From a virus (taxonomy: Duplodnaviria; Caudoviricetes), in IMG/VR virus record IMGVR_UViG_3300032232_000301, positions 1 to 63,577 of that record: DNA of 63,577 nucleotides. One strand, given 5' to 3'. Positions 55,306 to 63,577 of the stretch are shown here, one piece after another. The first letter of the stretch is position 1. Every line of letters begins with the position of its first letter. The notes under the pieces are model-generated. The model was given only the letters and a program-made list of their open reading frames with translations, was not told where the DNA came from and did not search any database. The position numbers and the translations under genes were made by a program.

Positions 55306-56833
55306 CGAACTTGAAGATATTGAAAAGCTGGACCCAGAGCTTAAGGCGCTGCTGGCTAATCTTCACCTGTTAACAGAGAACCAGAAAAATATCATTCTTG
55401 CGGACTTAGCCCGCAAAGAGTCAATGCTAGAGAAGCAGCTTGCGCAAGATACGTTCATGGGCTTTGTGAATAAGTGTTGGCCGACCTTTATTTCGGGCAG
55501 ACACCACAAGATTATGGCTAGAGCGTTTGAGCGGGTGGCTAGTGGGGAGTGCAAAAGGTTGATTATCAACATGCCGCCGCGCCATACAAAGTCAGAATTT
55601 GCAAGTTACCTGCTTCCAGCGTGGTTTCTAGGTAAATACCCGCATAAAAAGATCATTCAGAGCTCAAATACGGGCGAATTAGCGGTCGGTTTTGGTCGAA
55701 AAGTGCGAAATTTGGTCGATTCTGAGGTTTACAAGGCAATTTTCCCTAATTTTGAGCTTCAACAGGACTCAAAAGCCGCCGGAAGGTGGAATACCAACAA
55801 GGGTGGTGACTATTTTGCGATCGGTGTGGGTGGTACGGTGACTGGTAAGGGTGCCGATATTCTTATTATTGACGATCCGCACTCAGAACAAGAAGCTGCA
55901 ATGGCAGCTACGAACCCAGATGTGTTTGACAAGGTGACTGAGTGGTATACGTCAGGTCCGCGTCAGCGTTTACAGCCGGGCGGGGCAATCGTAGTCGTGA
56001 TGACTCGTTGGGCGCAGCGAGATTTGACGGGTCAGGTGCTGAAAGCCGCAGCAGCAAGGGGTGGCGAGCAGTGGGAAGTGATTGAGTTCCCTGCCATCAT
56101 GCCCTCGGGTTTACCCTTATGGCCTGAGTTCTGGTCTTTGGGCGAGTTGGAAGCTCTGCGGGAGGAGCTGCCTAATAGTAAGTGGCAAGCGCAGTATCAG
56201 CAGAACCCAGTGGGTAACGAGTCGGCCATTATTAAGCGGGACTGGTGGAAATGGTGGGAAGATGAAAAACCACCGACATGTGACTACATTTTGCAGACAT
56301 GGGATACGGCGTTTGAGAAAAACAATCGGGCCGACTATTCAGCGGGCACGACGTGGGGGGTGTTTACCAATGACGAGGACAACTCTACGGCCAACATTAT
56401 TTTGCTAGATGTGTACAAGAAACGTGTCGAGTGGGTGGAGTTAAAGAGGGATGTGTTTGCCACCTACAACGAGTGGGAACCTGACGGGATGCTCATTGAG
56501 AAAAAAGCGACAGGTGCGCCTCTCATATATGAGTTACGTGCAATGGGTATCCCTGTGCAGGAGTACACGCCCAGTAAGGGCCAAGACAAAATTGCCCGCT
56601 TGAACTCAGTATCAGACATAATTGCATCGGGAAAAGTGTGGATACCGCGTACTCGTTGGGCTGAGGAATTGGTCGATGAGATTGCGGCGTTTCCGTCGGG
56701 CGAGCATGACGACTTAGTTGACGCGACGACACTTGCGTTAATGCGTTTTCGCCAAGGTGGGTTCCTCCGGTTGCCAAGTGATGAACCCGATGAACCAAGA
56801 TATTTCCGCAGCAAGAAAGCTGCGTACTACTAA
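55298..56833 (+). CDS. terL: Terminase large subunit
   Basis: MPPRHTKS Walker A, LIIDDP, WDTA, HDDLVDA. Confidence 0.95.
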   Translation: MSDELEDIEKLDPELKALLANLHLLTENQKNIILADLARKESMLEKQLAQDTFMGFVNKCWPTFISGRHHKIMARAFERVASGECKRLIINMPPRHTKSEFASYLLPAWFLGKYPHKKIIQSSNTGELAVGFGRKVRNLVDSEVYKAIFPNFELQQDSKAAGRWNTNKGGDYFAIGVGGTVTGKGADILIIDDPHSEQEAAMAATNPDVFDKVTEWYTSGPRQRLQPGGAIVVVMTRWAQRDLTGQVLKAAAARGGEQWEVIEFPAIMPSGLPLWPEFWSLGELEALREELPNSKWQAQYQQNPVGNESAIIKRDWWKWWEDEKPPTCDYILQTWDTAFEKNNRADYSAGTTWGVFTNDEDNSTANIILLDVYKKRVEWVELKRDVFATYNEWEPDGMLIEKKATGAPLIYELRAMGIPVQEYTPSKGQDKIARLNSVSDIIASGKVWIPRTRWAEELVDEIAAFPSGEHDDLVDATTLALMRFRQGGFLRLPSDEPDEPRYFRSKKAAYY

Positions 56834-56841
56834 GGATAGAT

Positions 56842-59391
56842 ATGGCTACGAATATGGTTCCCTCATTGTCACAAGCTCCACTGGGCTTGAGTGCATTAGA
56901 AGATATGGGCGACATGCCCGCGATTGAGATCGAGATTGAAGATCCAGAAGGTGTTCGCATCGGGCTTGACGGTATGGAGATTGATCTGATGCCCGAAGAA
57001 GAGGCGGAGGACTTTGATGCCAACCTTGCAGAAGAGATGGATGCAAGCGAGCTACAGAAAGTAGCTAGTGACATCGTAGAGATGGTGGACGCTGACATTA
57101 ACTCACGTAAAGAGTGGGTGGATATGTATGTAAAAGGTCTTGATGTTTTGGGGATGAAATATGAGGAAAGAACAGAACCTTGGCTTGGAGCCTGTGGAGT
57201 TTTCTCTACGGTACTTACTGAAGCAGCGGTCAGGTTTCAGAGTGAAACGATTATTGAAACGTTTCCAGCGCAGGGCCCGGTCAAGACTGAGATTATTGGT
57301 GCAATTGATAAGCTTAAAGAAGAAGCAGCCGAACGTGTAAGAGATGATATGAACTATCAGCTCACCGAGGTGATGCAAGAGTATCGCCCTGAGCATGAGC
57401 GCATGTTGTACAACTTAGGTCTCGCGGGCGCGGCGTTCAAGAAAGTTTATTTTGATCCCTCGCTTGATCGTCAGGTGGCGATGTTCATCCCTGCTGAAGA
57501 CATCATTATTCCCTACGGCGCGTCAAGCGCGGCTACTGCTGAGCGACTCACACATGTGATGCGTAAGACCAAGAATGACTTGAAGAAATTACAAGTTGCT
57601 GGGTTCTACATTGATGAGGAGTTGGGTGAGCCCGTTGCAATACACACAGACGTAGAGAAGAAGAAAGCCGATGACCAAGGTTACTCACTAACGGATGATG
57701 ATCGCTATCAGATTCTTGAAGTGCACATTGATTACGACCTGCCCGGTTATGAAGATGAAGATGGTATTGCACTGCCGTATATCATCACGATTGAGCGCGG
57801 TACTAATACAGTGTTGGCCATTCGCCGTAACTGGGAAGAAGAAGACAAGCGCAAGTTAAAACGTCAGCACTTTGTGCAGTACACATACGTCCCCGGCTTC
57901 GGTGCTTATGGTCTGGGATTGATTCATTTGATTGGTGGTTACGCCCGCGCAGGTACTTCCATCATTCGCCAGTTGATTGACTGCGGTACGTTGTCTAACT
58001 TGCCCGGTGGCTTGAAAACCCGTGGCTTGCGTATCAAGGATGACGATACCCCGATTAATCCCGGTGAGTTCCGTGACGTTGATGTACCAAGCGGTTCAGT
58101 GCGTGACAACATCATGGCGCTGCCATACAAAGAACCATCACAGGTTCTTGCGGGTCTCTTAGACAAAGTGACCGAAGAAGGTCGTCGTCTAGGCTCAATT
58201 GCTGATATGAACATCAGTGATATGTCTGCTAATGCGCCAGTGGGTACAACGCTTGCATTGCTTGAGAGACAACTCAAGACAATGTCTGCGGTTCAAGCCC
58301 GCGTGCACTATTCGATGAAGCAAGAGTTCCAGTTGCTGCGTGACATCATTCGTGATCACACACCACCTGAGTACAGTTTTGATCCGGTTGAGGGTGACCG
58401 CAAAGCAAAGCAAGCTGACTACGACATGGTGTCGGTCATACCAGTAAGCGATCCCAACAGTGCAACGATGGCTCAGCGCATCATGCAGTATCAAGCTGTG
58501 ATCCAGTTGGCTCAAGGTGCTCCGCAGATTTATGACCTGCCACAGTTGCACAGACAAATGATTGAAGTGCTTGGCATCAAGAACGCGGATAAGTTAGTGC
58601 CGATAGATGAGGATCAGACACCACGCGATCCTGTGTCTGAGAACATGTCGTTCCTCACTGGTAAACCCACAAAGGCGTTTATTCATCAGGACCATGATGC
58701 ACACATCGCTGTTCATACCAGCATGATGCAGGACCCCATGATCATGGGTCAGATTGGTCAGAGTCCCATGGCTCAACAGATGCAGGGCGCAATCATGGCT
58801 CACGTTGCGGAACACTTGGCGTTCCAGTACCGTCAGAAAGTTCAGGAGCAACTGGGCGCAACATTGCCAGCACCTGATGCGAAGCTCGACAACAACGTTG
58901 AAGTGCAGGTTTCTAAACTTGTGGCTCAAGCTGCGGCGCAACTTCTGCAGATGGATAAAGCCAAGGCAGCTCAGCAGCAAGCGATGCAGCAGGCTCAAGA
59001 TCCGATCATTCAGATGCAACAAGCTGAATTGCAGATCAAGAAACAGGAAGCTGACATCAAGGCGTTTAAAGCCAAGAGCGACGTGCAGCTCAAGGCTGAA
59101 GAGTTGTCACTCAAGGCGCAAGAGAGCGCAGCCCGTAGTGGAGAAGATCCACAGATGGCTGCGATGCGACTACAGCAAGAAATTGCACAAGCGCAAGAGT
59201 TGCATGGCCTAGAGATGGCAGCTAAACGGATGGAGTTGCAGCAGGCGCAGGCTCAGCAACAACAACAGATGCAGATGCAACAAGCTCAAACTCAACAGAA
59301 GATGGCTCACGGCGGGCAAGTCCATGAGCAGAAAATGAAGCATGCTGATCTAGACAGAATTCAACGGTTATTACAGGGTAATAAGGAGTAA
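56842..59391 (+). CDS. Portal protein with long Gln-rich C-terminal barrel
   Basis: Follows terL; AFKKVYFD, GAYGLGL, APVGTTLAL; P22-like size. Confidence 0.85.
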   Translation: MATNMVPSLSQAPLGLSALEDMGDMPAIEIEIEDPEGVRIGLDGMEIDLMPEEEAEDFDANLAEEMDASELQKVASDIVEMVDADINSRKEWVDMYVKGLDVLGMKYEERTEPWLGACGVFSTVLTEAAVRFQSETIIETFPAQGPVKTEIIGAIDKLKEEAAERVRDDMNYQLTEVMQEYRPEHERMLYNLGLAGAAFKKVYFDPSLDRQVAMFIPAEDIIIPYGASSAATAERLTHVMRKTKNDLKKLQVAGFYIDEELGEPVAIHTDVEKKKADDQGYSLTDDDRYQILEVHIDYDLPGYEDEDGIALPYIITIERGTNTVLAIRRNWEEEDKRKLKRQHFVQYTYVPGFGAYGLGLIHLIGGYARAGTSIIRQLIDCGTLSNLPGGLKTRGLRIKDDDTPINPGEFRDVDVPSGSVRDNIMALPYKEPSQVLAGLLDKVTEEGRRLGSIADMNISDMSANAPVGTTLALLERQLKTMSAVQARVHYSMKQEFQLLRDIIRDHTPPEYSFDPVEGDRKAKQADYDMVSVIPVSDPNSATMAQRIMQYQAVIQLAQGAPQIYDLPQLHRQMIEVLGIKNADKLVPIDEDQTPRDPVSENMSFLTGKPTKAFIHQDHDAHIAVHTSMMQDPMIMGQIGQSPMAQQMQGAIMAHVAEHLAFQYRQKVQEQLGATLPAPDAKLDNNVEVQVSKLVAQAAAQLLQMDKAKAAQQQAMQQAQDPIIQMQQAELQIKKQEADIKAFKAKSDVQLKAEELSLKAQESAARSGEDPQMAAMRLQQEIAQAQELHGLEMAAKRMELQQAQAQQQQQMQMQQAQTQQKMAHGGQVHEQKMKHADLDRIQRLLQGNKE

Positions 59392-59393
59392 TC

Positions 59394-59588
59394 ATGGCCA
59401 CGATGCTTGAAGTGTTGAACGGGAAGCTTGAGGAACACGTCAAGCAGTTGGTCGATGTTGTCAGTGCTGGTGGAGCTAAATCCCACGACCACTACAAAGA
59501 ACTGTGCGGGACTATCCGAGGTCTGCAAACCGCTCAGTATGAACTTGCTGACCTCGTGCGAAAAACTAAGGAATATGACGATGACTGA
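59394..59588 (+). CDS. Small head-operon protein
   Basis: YKELCGTIRGL; GGAG RBS. Confidence 0.75.
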   Translation: MATMLEVLNGKLEEHVKQLVDVVSAGGAKSHDHYKELCGTIRGLQTAQYELADLVRKTKEYDDD

Positions 59589-59985
59589 ATTTGATCTCAG
59601 TGCGGTTGATCTAAGTGGGGTGCTCAATACCTCCGCTGAAGAGAAAGCCAAACAAGTGCCGGACCCAGCGACGTATCACATCTTGTGTATGTTGCCCAAG
59701 GCAGAAGAAGAGTTTAGCGAGACTGGCATTTTGAAGTCGGCTACTGCGATGTATCACGAGGAGCTTCTATCCCCCGTGTTGTTTGTTGCAAAGATTGGCC
59801 CCGATGCGTTCAAAGACGCGACCAGATTCCCGTCTGGTCCAAGCTGCAAAGTTGGTGACTTTGTGTTAGTACGTCCTAACACGGGAACCCGCATGAAGAT
59901 TCATGGTACAGAGTGGAGACTCATCAACGATGACTCTATTCAGGCTGTTGTGCAAGACCCTCGCGGTATCCAGCGCCCTAACTAA
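59581..59985 (+). CDS. GroES-like co-chaperonin
   Basis: P..YHIL...GIL...VAKIGP...KVGDFVL...GTRMKIHG.EWRLINDDSIQAVV. Confidence 0.8.
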   Translation: MTEFDLSAVDLSGVLNTSAEEKAKQVPDPATYHILCMLPKAEEEFSETGILKSATAMYHEELLSPVLFVAKIGPDAFKDATRFPSGPSCKVGDFVLVRPNTGTRMKIHGTEWRLINDDSIQAVVQDPRGIQRPN

Positions 59986-59995
59986 GGAGTAAACC

Positions 59996-60949
59996 ATGGC
60001 TACAGAAGAATTTAAGTTCCCCGATGAAGTCGGAAGCAAAAATGCTAAGGCTGAGGAAAAAGTCGACTTTGAAGTCGAAGGCGAAAGTGAGCCTGAGATT
60101 GAAGTTATAGACGATACCCCAGAAGAAGATCGTGGGCGCAAGCCTATGACTGAACCCCCTAGAGAGTTTGCTGAAGATGAGCTGACAAAGTACGATGAGG
60201 GTGTACAGAAGCGCATTAAGCACTTTACTAAGGGTTATCACGAAGAGCGTCGCGCAAAAGAGACAGCTGAACGTGAGAAAAACGAAGCTATTCGTTTAGC
60301 GCACTCCGTGCTTGAGGAGAACAAGAAACTCAAGGGTTCTGTTAACCAGAACCAGACGGCTCTTCTCGAACAGGCTAAGCGTGTGGTCTCTAACGAGGTC
60401 GAAGCTGCTAAGCGTATGTACAAAGAAGCTTACGAATCTGGTGATTCTGATAGGTTAGTTGAGGCGCAGGAAGCCCTCACTACCGCAAAGATTCGCGCAG
60501 ATAAGGTAAATAATTTCAAACCAACCCCTTTACAGGAAGAAGAAACTCCTGTACAAATCGCTCAACAGCCCACCAGAGCTGCTCCTGTTGATGAAAAACT
60601 ACTTGCATGGCAAGACCAAAATCAGTGGTTTGGAAGCAACAAACGCATGACAGCCTATGCTCTAGGCTTACATGAAGATTTGGTAGGTGAAGGAATACCA
60701 AGTGGCAGCGACGAATACTATCGACGTATTAACGCTGACATTAGGGAAAGATTCTCGGATCAGTTTGGAGCCGAAGAGTCCGTTGATGCGAAACCTCAAC
60801 GCACTAAATCCAACGTTGTTGCACCTGCAACCCGTAGCACAGCGCCTAAAAAGATCGTGCTTACACAGACACAGGTGAATCTCGCCAAGCGGTTGGGAGT
60901 TCCATTGGAACTGTACGCCCGTAAGGTTGCTGAAGAAATGAGGAAATGA
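59996..60949 (+). CDS. Scaffolding protein
   Basis: Acidic, coiled coil (VQKRI), C-terminal AKRLGVPLELYA; between portal and capsid. Confidence 0.75.
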   Translation: MATEEFKFPDEVGSKNAKAEEKVDFEVEGESEPEIEVIDDTPEEDRGRKPMTEPPREFAEDELTKYDEGVQKRIKHFTKGYHEERRAKETAEREKNEAIRLAHSVLEENKKLKGSVNQNQTALLEQAKRVVSNEVEAAKRMYKEAYESGDSDRLVEAQEALTTAKIRADKVNNFKPTPLQEEETPVQIAQQPTRAAPVDEKLLAWQDQNQWFGSNKRMTAYALGLHEDLVGEGIPSGSDEYYRRINADIRERFSDQFGAEESVDAKPQRTKSNVVAPATRSTAPKKIVLTQTQVNLAKRLGVPLELYARKVAEEMRK

Positions 60950-61407
60950 AAATGGAAAAAACTAACCGTTTGACACGCGAACTTGATACACGCGAAACGC
61001 TGGAGCGCCCAAAACATTGGATGCCCCCGCAACTTCTGCCAGATCCTAAACCGGAAGCTGGTTATGCATATCGCTGGGTCAGGATCGCATCGTTAGGTAA
61101 AGACGACGCCACTAACATTTCTGGAAAGTTACGCGAAGGCTGGGAACCTGTTAAGGCTTCTGACCACCCTGAGATTCGTTTATTTGGTTCTGACAGCAAT
61201 GCCAAGTTTCCAGATTGCGTTGAAGTGGGCGGTTTGTTGCTTTGTAAAACACCTGTGGAATTTACTGAACAACGCAATGCGTACTATCGCAATCAAGCGG
61301 AAGCACAAATGCAGTCAGTAGACAACACTTACATGCGCGAGAATGATCCGAGGATGCCTATGTTTAAAGAACGTAAGTCCACGGTCACTTTCGGAAAAGG
61401 TAATTAA
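60946..61407 (+). CDS. Conserved head-operon protein
   Basis: YRWVR...REGWEPV...GGLLLCK. Confidence 0.75.
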   Translation: MKMEKTNRLTRELDTRETLERPKHWMPPQLLPDPKPEAGYAYRWVRIASLGKDDATNISGKLREGWEPVKASDHPEIRLFGSDSNAKFPDCVEVGGLLLCKTPVEFTEQRNAYYRNQAEAQMQSVDNTYMRENDPRMPMFKERKSTVTFGKGN

Positions 61408-61424
61408 TTTTTTTGGAGTTTTAA

Positions 61425-62027
61425 ATGGCACTAACTGCTGCACCCTATGGGCTACGCCCCATTAATCGTATTGACGGCATGCCCTATGCTGGCGCTACGA
61501 GTCAGTTCTTGATCGACCCTGCTGGCGAAGGTACTAACTTGTTCTACGGACAAGTTGTTATCATCGGCGCTGACGGTTATATTGCTCTGTCTACCGCTAC
61601 CGGCGCAGACATCACTACCAATAACCTTGGTGGCGCTAACGTAGGTGCAATCGGCGTTTTCGTCGGCTGCTCTTACATCAACGCACAAGGTCAACAGATT
61701 TACGGCCAGTACTATCCCTCCGGCACAACCGGCGTGGTGACTGCATACGTAATTACTGACCCGTTTGTTACTTTCCAAGCTCAGCTTGACGGTTCTGCCG
61801 CTCAGTCTGCTTTGGGTAGCAACACCTTCTTTGCCGCTGTACAGAGCACTAGCACTGGTTCAACCCAGACTGGTAACTCAACCAGCGCTTTGGAGTCTAC
61901 TGTGGTTCAAACTGCTGCGGCCTTCCGAATTGTGGGCTTTGCTTCCACTCCCGGCGATGCGTATACTGATGTGTTGGTTAAATTCAACCCCAGTGCCCAT
62001 TCGTTCTTAAACAACGTTGGCCTGTAA
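61425..62027 (+). CDS. Capsid decoration/cement-like protein
   Basis: APYGLRP...GVFVGCSY; immediately before the capsid gene. Confidence 0.6.
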   Translation: MALTAAPYGLRPINRIDGMPYAGATSQFLIDPAGEGTNLFYGQVVIIGADGYIALSTATGADITTNNLGGANVGAIGVFVGCSYINAQGQQIYGQYYPSGTTGVVTAYVITDPFVTFQAQLDGSAAQSALGSNTFFAAVQSTSTGSTQTGNSTSALESTVVQTAAAFRIVGFASTPGDAYTDVLVKFNPSAHSFLNNVGL

Positions 62028-62040
62028 GGAGTAAATTACC

Positions 62041-62949
62041 ATGGCAATTTCACGCGCACAACTACTTAAAGAACTTCTCCCCGGCTTAAACGCTTTGTTT
62101 GGTCTGGAGTACGCTAAATATGGTGAGGAACATAAAGAAATTTATGAAACCGAATCTTCTGAGCGTTCTTTTGAAGAAGAGACAAAGCTGTCTGGCTTCG
62201 GTCAAGCACCAGTCAAAAACGAGGGTTCTGCCATCGCTTATGACAATGCACAGGAAGCCTTCACTGCACGTTACACACACGAAACCATTGCGATGGGCTT
62301 TGCCATCACAGAGGAAGCTGTGGAAGATAACTTGTATGACAGCCTGTCTTCACGTTACACCAAGGCTCTGGCCCGTGGTATGGCTTACACCAAGCAAGTT
62401 AAGGCCGCTTACGTCCTAAACAACGCTTTTACTGGTGGCCCTACATACGGTGACGGCGTGGTTTTGTGCTCAACAGCACACCCCTTGGTGTCTGGTGGTA
62501 CTAACAGCAACACTCCTTCCACTGCTGCCGATTTGAACGAGACTTCTCTTGAGAATGCCGTTATTCAGATCGCTGCTTGGACAGATGAGCGTAGCTTGTT
62601 GATCGCCGCTAAGCCTAAGAAGTTGGTGATTCCACCTGCTCTGCAATTCGTTGCCACTCGTCTGCTTGAAACCGAACTTCGTGTTTCTACTGCTGACAAT
62701 GACATCAACGCGTTGAAGAACAATGGCTCCATCCCTGAAGGCTATTGCATCAACCACTACTTGACAGACACCAACGCTTGGTTCCTGTTGACTGATGTGC
62801 CTAACGGTTTGAAGCACTTCGTTCGTACCCCCATGTCTACCGGCATGGACGGTGACTTTGACACAGGTAACGTTCGTTACAAAGCCCGTGAGCGTTACAG
62901 CTTTGGCGTGTCTGACCCACTGGGTATCTTCGGTTCACCCGGAGCCTAA
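62041..62949 (+). CDS. Major capsid protein
   Basis: MAISRAQLLKELLPGLNALFG...PKKLVIPP...YKARERYSFG; followed by a strong terminator. Confidence 0.9.
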   Translation: MAISRAQLLKELLPGLNALFGLEYAKYGEEHKEIYETESSERSFEEETKLSGFGQAPVKNEGSAIAYDNAQEAFTARYTHETIAMGFAITEEAVEDNLYDSLSSRYTKALARGMAYTKQVKAAYVLNNAFTGGPTYGDGVVLCSTAHPLVSGGTNSNTPSTAADLNETSLENAVIQIAAWTDERSLLIAAKPKKLVIPPALQFVATRLLETELRVSTADNDINALKNNGSIPEGYCINHYLTDTNAWFLLTDVPNGLKHFVRTPMSTGMDGDFDTGNVRYKARERYSFGVSDPLGIFGSPGA

Positions 62950-62968
62950 TATTTCTTCGGAAATATTT

Positions 62969-62998
62969 GAAGGGGGGCCTTGTGCCCCCTTTTCTTTT
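62969..62998 (+). terminator. Intrinsic terminator after the capsid gene
   Basis: G-rich/C-rich stem plus U-tract; preceded by a C(UUCG)G hairpin at 62948-62967. Confidence 0.8.
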
Positions 62999-63017
62999 GT
63001 TGTATATTGCTTTTAAT

Positions 63018-63091
63018 CCGGGCTTATCCGGTGCATTAGACAGTCCCGGCTGACGACATACAGACTGATGCACTTAACTTGTATGTAAGGA
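63018..63091 (+). ncRNA. Candidate double-pseudoknot leader RNA
   Basis: Crossing helices 63031-39/63065-73, 63056-62/63080-86, 63018-22/63045-49; ends at the SD. Confidence 0.55.
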
Positions 63092-63099
63092 CACATATC

Positions 63100-63577
63100 A
63101 TGGCACGTACCACGTTTCAAGGCCCAGTTCGTTCATTGGGCGGCATTTATCAACAAGGCCCAGCGGCTGTTGTTGACATCACAACAAGCACCACATTAAG
63201 CCCTGAAGCTCATGGCGGTCGTATCATTTCTGTTGGTGGCTCTTTAGCCGCTGCACTAACATTGACACTGCCTGCGATCAATGTTTCAACTAACTCTACA
63301 ACGTCTGGCCCCGGCCAAGACCCAAGCACAGCCAACAACGAAGGCGTTGTTTACACAATCTGGGTTCCTACTACCATCTCTACAAGCTCTTTGAAGATTG
63401 GTACAACTTCTGGTTCCAGCGATTTGTACGTTGGCGCTGTAATGTCTATTGACTCAGACACGTCTGGCGCTGTGGTTGCCTTCTCTGCTAACGGTTCTTC
63501 CAATGATTTCATCAACTTGAACGGTACAACTACCGGCGGTGTTGCTGGCACATGGATTCAAATTGTGGCGATTGCTG
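63100..63577 (+). CDS. Virion structural protein (partial, runs off the window)
   Basis: MARTTFQGPVRSLGG... open to the window end; AAGGA RBS. Confidence 0.75.
   Translation, partial: MARTTFQGPVRSLGGIYQQGPAAVVDITTSTTLSPEAHGGRIISVGGSLAAALTLTLPAINVSTNSTTSGPGQDPSTANNEGVVYTIWVPTTISTSSLKIGTTSGSSDLYVGAVMSIDSDTSGAVVAFSANGSSNDFINLNGTTTGGVAGTWIQIVAIA

Noticed and set aside
63031-63086. Hammerhead or HDV-like ribozyme
   Set aside because: CUGACGA is present but there is no GAAA partner strand, and the helix order differs from the HDV fold
1-63577. tRNA genes, integrase and alternative genetic code
   Set aside because: No cloverleaf or recombinase motifs noticed; standard-code ORFs tile the genome without premature stops

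Overview
This window looks like a nearly complete, circularly permuted genome of a tailed dsDNA phage of about 64 kb. The podovirus-like layout is portal, scaffold, capsid, adaptor, nozzle-like protein and four large ejection-type proteins, with no tape-measure, sheath or baseplate genes recognised. The virion arm is on the + strand (54.6-63.6 kb, then 1-31.6 kb): terminase, portal, GroES-like protein, capsid, a cluster of small basic proteins, two tail fibres with S74 chaperones, a holin/M15 endolysin pair and a 2499-aa polyvalent protein. The early/replication arm is on the - strand (31.7-54.1 kb): primase-helicase, SNF2 helicase, Cas4-like nuclease, Leu762 PolA, VRR-NUC and an AAA + VWA/metallopeptidase module. 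I saw no integrase, tRNA, CRISPR array or reverse transcriptase. The most striking unexplained signals are: (1) eight copies of a 29-bp dyad GGAA-N3-TCGACA-N3-TGTCGA-N3-TTCC, seen only in the early arm and mostly at gene junctions; (2) two peptide tags, hydrophobic-x-x-GG (about 22 copies) and DG[IV]AxxGKTxG (5 copies), shared across many virion-region proteins, with a candidate reader domain in an ejection protein; (3) two pseudoknotted leader RNAs; (4) a nested inverted-repeat, origin-like region; (5) TonB-box-like and clamp-motif-like repeats in ejection proteins. All family assignments come from motif recognition by eye, not from database searches.
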